49,351 nt of DNA from Gemmatimonadales bacterium (GTDB lineage: Bacteria > Gemmatimonadota > Gemmatimonadetes > Gemmatimonadales > GWC2-71-9), in NCBI GenBank assembly GCA_035644115.1, contig DASQPE010000293.1:1-49351 (forward strand), in the 5' to 3' direction. Position numbers and translations under genes: made by a program. Position 1 is the stretch's first letter. Each line of letters begins with the position of its first letter. Of this stretch, positions 35,432-44,929 are shown piece after piece. The notes below the pieces were generated by a model. The model saw only the letters and a list, made by a program, of their open reading frames with translations. It was not told where the DNA came from and did not search any database.

Positions 35432-38400
35432 ATGTGGTTGGTGCGGGTGGGGCTGCGACGCCCCTATACGTTCATCGTCGCCGCCATGCTGGTGGTCGTT
35501 TTCGGGATCGTGTCCCTGCAGCGCATGGCCACGGACATCTTCCCCGAGATCAAGATCCCGGTCGTCACCGCGATCTGGATCTATAACGGGCTTGCGCCGG
35601 AGGACATGGAGCGGCGGATCGTCACCGTGCACGAGCGCGCCATGACCACCACGGTGAGCGACATCGAGCACATCGAGTCGCAGATCCTGAACGGCGTGGC
35701 CGTGATCAAGGTGTTCTTCCAGCCCGGGGCGAGCATCGACGCGGCCGTCTCCCAGGTGACGGCGATCTCGCAGACGGTGCTCCGGGTCCTGCCGCCCGGG
35801 GCGACGCCTCCGTTCATCATCCGGTTCAACGCATCGAACGTCCCGATCCTCCAGGCGAGCCTCAGCAGCCAGTCCCTGTCCGAGCAGCAACTCTACGATT
35901 ACGGCCTCAATTTCCTTCGGACCCAGCTCGCCACGGTGCAGGGAGCCCAGGTGCCGTTGCCGTACGGGGGCAAGGTTCGCCAGATCATGGTGGACATCAA
36001 CCCGCGGTCGCTTTACGCCCAGGGCCTCTCACCTACCGACATCGCCAACGCCGTCAACGCCCAGAATCTGGTGCTCCCCAGCGGCACGGCGAAGCTGGGG
36101 GCGCGCGAGTACACGGTCCACCTGAACTCGAGCCCGGAGGCAGTCGAGGCGATCAACGATCTGCCGATCCGGACTTCCAACGGGGCGACGGTCTACCTGC
36201 GGGACGTGGCCCAGGTGCGGGACGGCTTCGCGGTACAGACCAGTGTGGTCCGGCAGGACGGCAAGCGTGGCGCGCTCCTCACGATCCTCAAAGGCGGCGG
36301 GGCATCCACCCTGGACATCGTGCGGCGGGTCCGCGAGGCGCTGCCCAAGATCCAGGCCACCCTGCCGTCCGCGCTCAAGATCGACTTGCTGGCCGACCAG
36401 TCCTTGTTCGTTCGGGCGTCGCTCAACGGGGTGCTTCGGGAGGCCGTCATCGCGGCCTGCCTCACGGCGCTCATGATCCTGCTCTTTCTCGGCAGCTGGC
36501 GCTCGACCCTGATCGTGGCGCTCTCGATTCCGCTCGCCATTCTCTGTTCCATCATCGCGCTCGCCGCGTTGGGCCAGTCGATCAACGTGATGACGCTGGG
36601 CGGGCTGGCCCTCGCCGTCGGGATCCTGGTGGACGACGCCACGGTCGCGATCGAGAACATCCACCGGCAGGCGGAGCAGGGCGGCCCGCTGGACGACGCG
36701 ATCCTGCAGGGGGCCCAGCAGATAGCGGTGCCGACCTTCGTCTCCACGCTGTCGATCTGCGTAGTGTTCGTGCCGGTGTTCTTTCTGACCGGCGCGGCGG
36801 GCTCGCTCTTCGCGCCGCTCGCGATGGCGGTGATCTTCGCCATGCTGGCGTCCTACCTGATCTCCCGAACCCTGGTACCCACGCTGGTGAAGTTCGCGCT
36901 CCAGCAGGAGCAGGGACATCAGGCCGAGGGGAACGGTCTGAAGGACGGCGGCTGGCTGGGGCGGATTCTCGGCGGCTTCGATCGCGGGTTCACCGCGACC
37001 CGCTCCCGCTACGGCGGTCTGCTCGAGCGGGCACTGGGCTCGCGCCGGCGGGTGGGGCTGGGCTTCGCCGGCCTGGTCGTGGGATCGGCGCTGCTGGTCC
37101 CGTTCGTGGGCCAGGACTTCTTTCCGGTGGTCGACGCCGGGCAGATCCGGCTCCACGTCCGCGCGCCGTCCGGCACGCGGATCGAAGAGACCGAGCAGCT
37201 GGTGAGCTCGATCGAGCGCACCGTCCGTCGCACCCTCCCGCCGCGCGAGGTGGCGCTGGTCCTCGACAACATCGGCATCGGCGGCGGCGGCATAAATCTG
37301 GCCTTCAGCGACAACCCGACCACCGGCTCGGCCGATGCCGAGATCCTGATCTCGCTGGCGGAGCACCGGCGCCTGGCGACGCCGGACGCGGTGGTCCGGC
37401 TCCGGCGGGTGCTGAACCGGGAATACCCCGGGGTGGTGTTCTTCTTCCAGTCGGCCGACATCGTGGGCCAGATCCTGAATTTCGGGCTGCCCGCGCCGAT
37501 CGACGTCCAGGTGGTGGGCCAGAACAAGCTGGCCAACTATCAGGCGGCGAAGGGGATCGCGGCGCGGCTCGGGCGGATTCCGGGCGCGGTGGACGTGCAC
37601 GTGCACCAAGTGGTGGACGCGCCCGACCTGCTCTTCAACGTTGACCGGGTCAGGGCCCAGGCCATGGGTCTCACCCAGCGCGACGTCGCGAACGACGTGC
37701 TGATCTCGCTCAGCTCGAGTATTCAGGTTCAGCCGAACTACTGGGTGAATCCGGTGAACGGGGTGAACTACCCGGTCGCGGTACAGACGCCGCAGAGCCA
37801 GGTCACCGACATGGAGGCGCTGGAGCGCACACCGATGGTGGCCAGGACCGCCGGCGCGGCCCTGCTGACCGATCTCGCGCGGGTGCAGCGCCGGACTCAG
37901 ATGGCGGTGGTGAGCCACTACAACGTGCAGCCGGTTTTCGACGTGTACGCCAACGTCCAAGGACGTGACCTCGGCTCCGTGGCCCGCGAGGTGGACCGGA
38001 TCGTCGCGGCGGCAAAGCCGACTCTGGCCAAGGGCTCGTCGACGGTGGTGCGCGGTCAGGTGCAGAGCATGCGTTCGTCTTTCGTGGGGCTCGGGACCGG
38101 CCTCGCGTTCGCCATCTTGCTGGTCTATTTCCTTATGGTCATCAATTTTCAGTCGTGGCTGGATCCGCTGATCATCATTCTCGCGCTGCCGCCCGCGCTC
38201 GCCGGCATCGCGTGGACGCTCTACCTCACGCAGACGACCCTGAGCGTGCCCTCGCTCATGGGGGCGATCATGGCGATGGGCGTCGCGACAGCGAATAGCG
38301 TCCTCGTCGTCACCTTTGCCAACGATCAGCGGGCACTGGGTCGTACGCCCCAGGAAGCGGCGCACGATGCCGGCGTGACCCGGTTCCGCCCGGTCCTGAT

Positions 38401-38587
38401 GACCGCCCTCGCCATGATCATCGGCATGCTGCCGATGGCGCTGGGCTTAGGCGAGGGAGGCGAGCAGAACGCGCCCCTGGGGCGAGCCGTGATCGGAGGT
38501 CTGATCGTGGCCACCGTCGCGACGCTCTTCTTCGTGCCGGTCGCCTACGCGACCCTGCGCGGCCGGCTGGCTCGGAGGACCGCATGA
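35432..38587 (+). CDS. RND-family efflux transporter permease (AcrB/CzcA superfamily)
   Basis: About 1050 aa, 12-TM/two-large-loop architecture, with typical N-terminus VRVGLRRPYTFIVAAMLVVVFGIVSLQRM..DIFPEI and TM4 region LGGLALAVGILVDDATVAIENI. ATG 35432 is preferred over the TTG track start 35396. HAE versus HME subfamily not resolvable by eye. Confidence 0.93.
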   Translation: MWLVRVGLRRPYTFIVAAMLVVVFGIVSLQRMATDIFPEIKIPVVTAIWIYNGLAPEDMERRIVTVHERAMTTTVSDIEHIESQILNGVAVIKVFFQPGASIDAAVSQVTAISQTVLRVLPPGATPPFIIRFNASNVPILQASLSSQSLSEQQLYDYGLNFLRTQLATVQGAQVPLPYGGKVRQIMVDINPRSLYAQGLSPTDIANAVNAQNLVLPSGTAKLGAREYTVHLNSSPEAVEAINDLPIRTSNGATVYLRDVAQVRDGFAVQTSVVRQDGKRGALLTILKGGGASTLDIVRRVREALPKIQATLPSALKIDLLADQSLFVRASLNGVLREAVIAACLTALMILLFLGSWRSTLIVALSIPLAILCSIIALAALGQSINVMTLGGLALAVGILVDDATVAIENIHRQAEQGGPLDDAILQGAQQIAVPTFVSTLSICVVFVPVFFLTGAAGSLFAPLAMAVIFAMLASYLISRTLVPTLVKFALQQEQGHQAEGNGLKDGGWLGRILGGFDRGFTATRSRYGGLLERALGSRRRVGLGFAGLVVGSALLVPFVGQDFFPVVDAGQIRLHVRAPSGTRIEETEQLVSSIERTVRRTLPPREVALVLDNIGIGGGGINLAFSDNPTTGSADAEILISLAEHRRLATPDAVVRLRRVLNREYPGVVFFFQSADIVGQILNFGLPAPIDVQVVGQNKLANYQAAKGIAARLGRIPGAVDVHVHQVVDAPDLLFNVDRVRAQAMGLTQRDVANDVLISLSSSIQVQPNYWVNPVNGVNYPVAVQTPQSQVTDMEALERTPMVARTAGAALLTDLARVQRRTQMAVVSHYNVQPVFDVYANVQGRDLGSVAREVDRIVAAAKPTLAKGSSTVVRGQVQSMRSSFVGLGTGLAFAILLVYFLMVINFQSWLDPLIIILALPPALAGIAWTLYLTQTTLSVPSLMGAIMAMGVATANSVLVVTFANDQRALGRTPQEAAHDAGVTRFRPVLMTALAMIIGMLPMALGLGEGGEQNAPLGRAVIGGLIVATVATLFFVPVAYATLRGRLARRTA

Positions 38588-39750
38588 GCCCGGAGCAGGC
38601 GGAGCGGGGTGAGACCCGGCGGCGCTGGGTGCAAGGTCTGGGGCTGATCGGGCTGGTGGCCACGCTGGTGTTCGCCGGCGCCATACCGCGGCTCCGCCGA
38701 GCCCAAGCACTCGAGTCCGCGTTGGTGGCCGACAGCACCGCCGGGGTCGGGGTGCGGGTGGCGCGGGTGAAGCGGTCGGAGTCGACCACGTCGCTCGCCC
38801 TCACCGGCACGGTGGAGGCGTTGCACGAGGCAGAGGTGTACGCCCGAAGCAACGGCTACGTGCGCAGCTGGCGGGCGGACATCGGTGCGCGAGTGCAGCG
38901 GGGCGACCAGCTGGCGGAGATCGAAACGCCCGAGCTCGATCACGAGCTGGACCAGGCCCGCGCCGATCTGGCACGCGAGCGGACCGGCCTGGCGCTGGCC
39001 AAGCGCAACTTCGATCGCTGGCAGAGCCTCGCCAGCGAGAACGCGGTGTCGAAACAGGAGCTCGACGAGCGGCAGGCCGCGTTCGAGGACGGCAATGCGC
39101 GGGTGAATTCGGCCGATGCCAACGTTCGGCGGCTCACCTCGCTCAAGAGCTTTGCCCAGATCGTCGCCCCGTTCACCGGCGTGATCACGGCCCGCAACCT
39201 GGACATCGGCACTCTGGTCGCGCCAGGCAACGGGGCGGGTGCGCGCGGCCTTTACAGTCTGGCCCAGATCGACACCGTCCGGCTCATCATCAGCGTGCCG
39301 CAGGCGTCCGTCACCTCGGTGGCGCCCGGCCAACGAGCCGACGTGGCGGTCGCCGAGCTGGGCTCACAGGCCTTCACCGGCGTGGTGACCCGTACCGCGA
39401 ACGCGCTCGACCCGGTGTCCCGCACGCTACGGGTCGAGGTCAGAGTTGCCAACCCAGCCGGCGCGCTTCTCCCGGGGATGTATGCCGAGGTTCATTTCGA
39501 GCTGAAGCGCGCGAATCCTCCCCTGGTGGTGCCGGCGAGCACGATTGTGGTGCGGGCCGATGGTCCTCAGGTCGGCGTCATCGACGGGAGCACGGTTCAC
39601 TTCCGGACCGTCACGCTCGGACGGGACTACGGCAACGAGGTCGAGCTGATGGGCGGCGTGCCGGACAGCGCGGAGCTGGTGCTGAACCCGTCGGACGACG
39701 TCATCGAGGGCGCCCACGTTCGCGTGGTGGCGCCGCCGACTCACGACTAG
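38584..39750 (+). CDS. RND efflux periplasmic adaptor (membrane fusion protein, HlyD family)
   Basis: TGTVEALHEAEVYARSNGYV, GD.LAEIETPELD, coiled-coil hairpin, IVAPFTGVITARN, beta-barrel/MP domain. ATGA overlap with the RND gene. Confidence 0.9.
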   Translation: MSPEQAERGETRRRWVQGLGLIGLVATLVFAGAIPRLRRAQALESALVADSTAGVGVRVARVKRSESTTSLALTGTVEALHEAEVYARSNGYVRSWRADIGARVQRGDQLAEIETPELDHELDQARADLARERTGLALAKRNFDRWQSLASENAVSKQELDERQAAFEDGNARVNSADANVRRLTSLKSFAQIVAPFTGVITARNLDIGTLVAPGNGAGARGLYSLAQIDTVRLIISVPQASVTSVAPGQRADVAVAELGSQAFTGVVTRTANALDPVSRTLRVEVRVANPAGALLPGMYAEVHFELKRANPPLVVPASTIVVRADGPQVGVIDGSTVHFRTVTLGRDYGNEVELMGGVPDSAELVLNPSDDVIEGAHVRVVAPPTHD

Positions 39751-39830
39751 CTGAGCGGGAGTCAGAAGCACCCAGTGACGGCGTGAACCATGGCTGTGCA
39801 GGCCGAGGTCTCTCCCGCTAGCTTGCCGGC

Positions 39831-40211
39831 ATGATCCGTTGGCTTCGGCCGAAGCGGCCGTTCGTTCACGCTGCCCGAGGCTCGCTGCTGCTGGTCGCAC
39901 TCTGGCTTGGGCTGGGGGGTCCGGCCTGGGCCGGGGCGGGACGGCACTGCGCTCGGCACGGGGGGCACGGGGCGGCCCAAGCCCAGCTGCCCACCATCCT
40001 GGCGACTCCCCACACCCAGTGCGATCACTGTCCGCTCGACCGGTGCGGGGCAACTGCTCCGTGCTCCGCCCCGCCCTCGGCGGGGCTGCGCGCGGCGCCT
40101 CCAGTTGTGCCCGAGGCAATGCCGTGCCGAGTGGCTGCGCCCACCGCTACGGCGCGCTCCGCTTCCACCCGTCACCCGCCCCCAACTCCACCGCCCCAGC
40201 CGGTCACGTAG
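39831..40211 (+). CDS. Small secreted Cys/His-rich protein (126 aa), putative metal-binding
   Basis: ATG start and signal peptide LLLVALWLGLGGPAWAGAG. HCARHGGHG and HTQCDHCPLDRCG motifs. Two alternative overlapping ORFs exist in other frames (39839.., 39907..), so the frame choice is tentative. Confidence 0.4.
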   Translation: MIRWLRPKRPFVHAARGSLLLVALWLGLGGPAWAGAGRHCARHGGHGAAQAQLPTILATPHTQCDHCPLDRCGATAPCSAPPSAGLRAAPPVVPEAMPCRVAAPTATARSASTRHPPPTPPPQPVT

Positions 40212-40265
40212 TCGCCGCCGCGCACTCCGGCGCGGCGGCCGTCGTCCCGACTACGAGGATCGCAC

Positions 40266-41069
40266 ATGCGTACCATGCTTGCAGCCGTGCTCGCGGCCGC
40301 CGCGTTGGCGCCGCCGATGCACCCGGCGCACGCTCAAATCGACTATCGAAACCTGGACGATGACCGTCCGGTCGCAACCGAAGACGCATATCCGGTTGAG
40401 CACTACGGCTTCGAGCTGCTCGCGCCCTACCGGTTCGAGGCCGAGCGCGGCGGAGTCGATGTCCACCTCGTCGCCCCTGAGCTCGAGTACGGACTCCTGC
40501 CCAACGCGCAGGTGGGCCTGAAAATGCTGCTCGCCGCCGCGGACGGCCCCACCGGCACGGACTGGGGCCTGGCCGGGCTGCGCGTGTCCGGGCTGTATGA
40601 CTTCAACACCGAGAGCGCCGGGCTCCCCGCTCTGGCGTTCCGCACCGATGCCTCCGTGCCGATCGGCAGCCTCGCCGGCGACGCGTTCCGGGTCACGCTC
40701 AAAGGGATCGCCACCCGCTCCTGGGGTTCCACCCGCGGGCACCTGAACGCCGCAGTGAGCCTGGGGACGGATGCCGGGGCGGGTGTGGTGGACTTCCCGG
40801 CGCGCTGGCTCGTGAGCGCCGCGATAGACCACACGTTCATCCGGCACAGCCTGCTCGCCATCGCGGAGGTGCTGACGGAGCGGCCGGTCAATGGAGCCGC
40901 GATCGAAGTGAATGCGTCGGCCGGCATCCGCTGGCAATGGATGCCGACGCTGGTGCTCGACGGCGGGGTAACCCGGCGACTCGGATCCAATGGGCCCGAC
41001 TTCGGTATTACGATCGGGCTCTCGCAGGCCTTTGCCCTGGCGGGGCTCATGCCGGGAGGCGCGCCATGA
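40266..41069 (+). CDS. Small outer-membrane beta-barrel protein (MetA-pathway/transporter-like barrel class)
   Basis: Signal peptide MRTMLAAVLAAAALAPPMHPAHAQ, then YRNLDDDRPVATEDAYP and alternating strands. Family assignment is from overall pattern only. Confidence 0.65.
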   Translation: MRTMLAAVLAAAALAPPMHPAHAQIDYRNLDDDRPVATEDAYPVEHYGFELLAPYRFEAERGGVDVHLVAPELEYGLLPNAQVGLKMLLAAADGPTGTDWGLAGLRVSGLYDFNTESAGLPALAFRTDASVPIGSLAGDAFRVTLKGIATRSWGSTRGHLNAAVSLGTDAGAGVVDFPARWLVSAAIDHTFIRHSLLAIAEVLTERPVNGAAIEVNASAGIRWQWMPTLVLDGGVTRRLGSNGPDFGITIGLSQAFALAGLMPGGAP

Positions 41070-42106
41070 GGGCACGCAGCAGAACCGTGCTGCCGGCGCC
41101 GGCCTTGGGGCTGCTGCTGGCGGCATTGGTATTGGTGACGAGTGTCGGCGCGGTCGAGGCGCAGGACCGGCGCGACGAGCAGTTCTACTACCCCGGCTCC
41201 TTCAACTGGCAGTTCCTGAATCGCTACCCCGAGGCCGCCCGTCTCTTCAACGCGTTCGACTACGGTCACGCAGTGCTGTACGAGGTGCTCTATACCCGGA
41301 GCGGCAACGACGCGCGGGCCGAGCTCGCCCGCCAGTTCCGCTATCTCACCACCGATCTCCTGGTGCGGCCCCCTCGATTCGCGATTCCGGAAGAGGCAGT
41401 GATGCCGCGCTACGCCAAGATCGCCTGGCGCGCGAAGCAGATGTTCGATTGGGCCCACCTTCTTCATCGCCAGATCTACGACGTGTACGCGGACCCGCGT
41501 CTGACCGGGGCCGCCAAGGACTCGCTCATCGAGCGGCTGACCGACTACTATCTCAGCCGGTCGGGCTACAGCTTCGCAGCGGCTCCCAAATCGATGGCGT
41601 TGATGGACCAGCAGTACTTCAGCCAGACGTTCCGACGCCTGGACCCCCGCTTCAACGGGCTCATCTGGGCCTATCACTGGCTGCAGGTGGGACTCTACGA
41701 GCCGTTCCTGGTCTATCACACGCAGGCGGAGCAGAAGGCGGCGGTGCAGGCGACGGTGGCCCGATTCTGGTCGATGCTGGACGATCCACCATCCCACATG
41801 CCCAGGGTGATGCCCATGACCGCAACGGTGGCGCCGGAGTTTTCCAAGCGACACCCCCGCGCCGCCGCGATCTTCGACAACCTTCACATGATGCACGACA
41901 TCATCTCGGACATCCTGGTCTCCGACTCGGTGCCGCACGGTCGCAAGCGCGACGTGATCTACGCCCAGCTTCGCGAGCTGGCCGATTCGAGCCGGAACGT
42001 GATCAGCTGGGAGGAGTGGCGCGACATGGGTGACATGATGGGCGGGATCGACGCGATGGGCGGGCCGCCGGCCGGGCATCCCCATCACGAGGAGCACCAG
42101 CCGTGA
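41066..42106 (+). CDS. Secreted helical protein of unknown function with four His-bearing helix repeats and a Met/His-rich C-terminal tail
   Basis: ATGA overlap with the upstream barrel gene and GTGA overlap with the downstream ATPase. Signal peptide LGLLLAALVLVTSVGAVEAQ. Repeats FNAFDYGHAVLYEVL / MFDWAHLLHRQIYDV / LIWAYHWLQVGLYEP / IFDNLHMMHDIISDI. Tail MGDMMGGIDAMGGPPAGHPHHEEHQP. Confidence 0.7.
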   Translation: MRARSRTVLPAPALGLLLAALVLVTSVGAVEAQDRRDEQFYYPGSFNWQFLNRYPEAARLFNAFDYGHAVLYEVLYTRSGNDARAELARQFRYLTTDLLVRPPRFAIPEEAVMPRYAKIAWRAKQMFDWAHLLHRQIYDVYADPRLTGAAKDSLIERLTDYYLSRSGYSFAAAPKSMALMDQQYFSQTFRRLDPRFNGLIWAYHWLQVGLYEPFLVYHTQAEQKAAVQATVARFWSMLDDPPSHMPRVMPMTATVAPEFSKRHPRAAAIFDNLHMMHDIISDILVSDSVPHGRKRDVIYAQLRELADSSRNVISWEEWRDMGDMMGGIDAMGGPPAGHPHHEEHQP

Positions 42107-44127
42107 CCGGCCACGCCGCGCACGAGCACCGTCACGAAGCCGGGGGCTACGACAAACACGCGGGCCACTCGGTCGCGATGTTCCGCGACCGGTTCTGGCT
42201 CACCCTCCTGCTGACGCTGCCCACGCTGCTCTGGGGCCACATGCTTCCCCGCCTGCTCGGGTACCAGTCTCCCGAGTTTCCGGGGTCACGCTGGATCGCG
42301 CCGGCGTTCGGAGTGGTGGTCTACTGCTACGGCGGCTGGCCATTCATGCAGGGCGCCTGGCATGAGCTGCGGGCTCGGCTGCCCGGGATGATGACCCTGA
42401 TCGGGCTCGCGATCACGGTGGCATTCGGGTTCAGCCTGGCGGTGACGCTGGGTTATCCGGGCATGCCGCTGTGGGAGGAGCTGGCTACCCTGGTGAGCGT
42501 CATGCTCCTGGGTCACTGGATCGAGATGCGCTCGATCAGTCAGGCCCAGGGCGCGTTGGCCGAGTTGGCGAAGCTGCTGCCGAACACGGCCGTGCGCGTG
42601 CTGGAGGCGGGGGGGAGCGAGCGGGTCGAGGAGGTGCCGGTCGGCGCGCTCCGGGACGGCGACATCGTCCTGATCCGCCCCGGTGCAAGCGTGCCGGCGG
42701 ACGGCGAGGTTCGCGAAGGCGACAGCAGCGTCAACGAATCCATGATCACGGGCGAGTCGCGGCCGGTGGGCAAGCACCCGGGCGATCGGGTCATCGGGGG
42801 CACGGTCAACCTGGCGGGGTCGCTCCGGGTCGGCGTGACCGGGACCGGCGAGCGAAGCACGCTCGCCGGCATCATGCGCCTGGTCGAGCAGGCCCAAGGC
42901 TCGCGCAGCAGGGCGCAGGCGTTGGCCGACCGGGCTGCCTTCTGGCTCACCGTGATCGCACTCGCCTCCGGGGCCTTGACCCTGATCGCGTGGCTCAGGG
43001 CCGGGGCGGACGTGGCGTTCGCCGTCCAGCGGCTGGTCACCGTGCTGGTCATCGCCTGCCCCCATGCCCTGGGTCTCGCCGTGCCGCTCGTGATCGCGAT
43101 CTCGACTACGCTGGGCGCCCAAAACGGGCTGCTGGTGCGGGACCGCCGGGGTCTGGAAGAGGCGCGCCTGCTCGACACCGTGGTGTTCGACAAGACCGGG
43201 ACGCTGACGTTGGGACAGCACCGGGTGGTCGGGCTGCGCACCACCGACGGGATGGAGGACGTCGAGGCGCTCCGGCTGGCGGCTGCGGTCGAGCGGGACT
43301 CGGAGCATCCCGTCGCGCGCGCCATCGTGGCGAGCGCCGGAGAGCGCGGCCAGGAGATTCCCCGCGCCACCGGCTTCCAGGCGATCCCCGGTCACGGAGT
43401 GGAAGCCACGGTTGACGGACGCCGGCTCGCGGTCGGCGGGCCCAATCTGCTAGGCCGACTGGGGCTGACTGCGCCGCCCGAGCTGGCTCAGTTCACCGAG
43501 CAGGCCGAGTCACGCGGACAGGGGGTGGTGTATCTGGTCGACGGTGAGCGGGTGCGGGCCGCTCTTGCCGTGGCCGACGCCGTGCGACCGGAATCGAAGG
43601 CAGCGGTCGAGCGGCTTCACGAGCTCGGCATCGAGGTCGCGATGCTGACCGGCGACGCTCAGGCGGTTGCGAACGCCGTGGCGAGGGAGCTCGGCATCGA
43701 CACCGTGTTTGCCCAGGTGCTGCCGGACGCGAAGGCCGCCAGGATCGAGGAGCTCCAACGCCGGGGGAAGCGCGTCGCCATGGTGGGCGATGGGGTCAAC
43801 GATGCCCCGGCGCTGGTGACCGCCGACGTCGGCATCGCGATCGGAGCGGGTACCGAGGTGGCCGTGGAGGCCGGAGACGTGGTGCTGGTGCGGAGCGATC
43901 CGCGGGACATTCCGCGCATCGTCGCGCTCTCGCGGGCCAGCTACCGCAAGATGGTGCAGAACCTCTGGTGGGCGGCAGGCTACAATATCATCGCGATCCC
44001 GCTCGCCGCCGGCGTGCTGGCCTCCGCCGGCATCCTGCTCTCGCCGGCAGCCGGTGCGGTGCTGATGTCGGCGAGCACGGTCATCGTGGCGGTCAACGCG
44101 CAGTTGCTGCGGCGGACAGCGCTGTAA
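42103..44127 (+). CDS. copB: Heavy-metal (copper) P1B-type ATPase, CopB-like (CPH motif, His-rich N-terminus, no CxxC HMA domain)
   Basis: N-terminus TGHAAHEHRHEAGGYDKHAGH, TM6 ACPHALGLAVP, phosphorylation site FDKTGTLT, hinge VGDGVNDAPAL, TGES actuator (ITGESRPV). GTG start. Confidence 0.92.
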   Translation: MTGHAAHEHRHEAGGYDKHAGHSVAMFRDRFWLTLLLTLPTLLWGHMLPRLLGYQSPEFPGSRWIAPAFGVVVYCYGGWPFMQGAWHELRARLPGMMTLIGLAITVAFGFSLAVTLGYPGMPLWEELATLVSVMLLGHWIEMRSISQAQGALAELAKLLPNTAVRVLEAGGSERVEEVPVGALRDGDIVLIRPGASVPADGEVREGDSSVNESMITGESRPVGKHPGDRVIGGTVNLAGSLRVGVTGTGERSTLAGIMRLVEQAQGSRSRAQALADRAAFWLTVIALASGALTLIAWLRAGADVAFAVQRLVTVLVIACPHALGLAVPLVIAISTTLGAQNGLLVRDRRGLEEARLLDTVVFDKTGTLTLGQHRVVGLRTTDGMEDVEALRLAAAVERDSEHPVARAIVASAGERGQEIPRATGFQAIPGHGVEATVDGRRLAVGGPNLLGRLGLTAPPELAQFTEQAESRGQGVVYLVDGERVRAALAVADAVRPESKAAVERLHELGIEVAMLTGDAQAVANAVARELGIDTVFAQVLPDAKAARIEELQRRGKRVAMVGDGVNDAPALVTADVGIAIGAGTEVAVEAGDVVLVRSDPRDIPRIVALSRASYRKMVQNLWWAAGYNIIAIPLAAGVLASAGILLSPAAGAVLMSASTVIVAVNAQLLRRTAL

Positions 44128-44137
44128 CACAAAAAAG

Positions 44138-44159
44138 GGGCCGCCCTTGCTGGCGGCCC
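44138..44159. terminator. GC hairpin (GGGCCGCC-6 nt-GGCGGCCC) 11 nt after the copB stop, preceded by A6
   Basis: 8-bp perfect stem read directly. There is no downstream T-tract on the plus strand; the A-tract lies upstream, so the terminator call is weak. Confidence 0.3.
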
Positions 44160-44269
44160 TGGTGCTCTCCTCGAATGGATGCGGTTTCCCAGGCGGCGCC
44201 GCCCGGGCCCTTCCCCTCGAACCGGTCCCAGCCAGTCAAAAGCTCCTTTGCTCACCCGGAGGCCAACCT

Positions 44270-44929
44270 ATGGATCACGCGTTCGGTCTAAGCATTCCCA
44301 TCACGCTCGACGAAGTATGCGACCCGGACCGGACGGTCCTCGTCGTCTACGATATGCAGGTCGGCATCGTGTCGCAGATCCCTACGGGCCGCGAGGTCAC
44401 AGGGCGAGTGCAGCGGGTGCTCCAGGCGGCTCGAGACGGGGGCTTCCGCGTCTTCTTTACTCGGCACATGTCGTTGCCGAACGAGCTCGCGGGGGTGGTG
44501 CAGTTGCGGACGGCGATGGCGTGGCAGCGGGTGGACCATGCGGCCAAGACCAGGCCGGCTTTCCTGCGCGACTCACCCCAATTTCAACTGGTCCCGGAGC
44601 TCACGCCGTCGGCCGGCGAGGCCGTGTTCGACAAGATCGCGATGTCCGCGTTCGTCGGGACGCCGCTGGACACCGCCCTTCGCGATTGCGGCATCAACTC
44701 GTTCGTGATCGTGGGCATCGCCCTCGAGATCGGCATCGAGCCCACGGTCCGTCATGCGATGGACCTGGGGTACATCCCGATTGTGGTCGAGGACGCATGC
44801 GGCTGGGGAGATGCGGCCGCCGCCGAACGCGCCAAGGCCCAGCTCGCATTTGTCGGAGGGTCGCTGGCCACCGACACCGATACGATTGTAGGCCTGTTGG
44901 GAAGGCGGCGGGCGTCGAGCGACGGCTAG
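44270..44929 (+). CDS. Isochorismatase-family cysteine hydrolase
   Basis: RTVLVVYDMQ, VFFTRH, FDKIAMSAF.GT.LD..LR..GI...VIVGIALEIGIE.T.R.A.DLGY..IVV.DAC. ATG 44270 has GGAGG 8 nt upstream; the track start 44147 is an over-extension. Confidence 0.88.
   Translation: MDHAFGLSIPITLDEVCDPDRTVLVVYDMQVGIVSQIPTGREVTGRVQRVLQAARDGGFRVFFTRHMSLPNELAGVVQLRTAMAWQRVDHAAKTRPAFLRDSPQFQLVPELTPSAGEAVFDKIAMSAFVGTPLDTALRDCGINSFVIVGIALEIGIEPTVRHAMDLGYIPIVVEDACGWGDAAAAERAKAQLAFVGGSLATDTDTIVGLLGRRRASSDG

Noticed and set aside
33236-38365. Minus-strand ORFs 33236..35314 (692 aa) and 36029..38365 (778 aa)
   Set aside because: They lie antisense to the CotH-like/hom genes and to the RND permease. They are Arg/Gly/Pro/His/Asp-rich with no recognisable domains.
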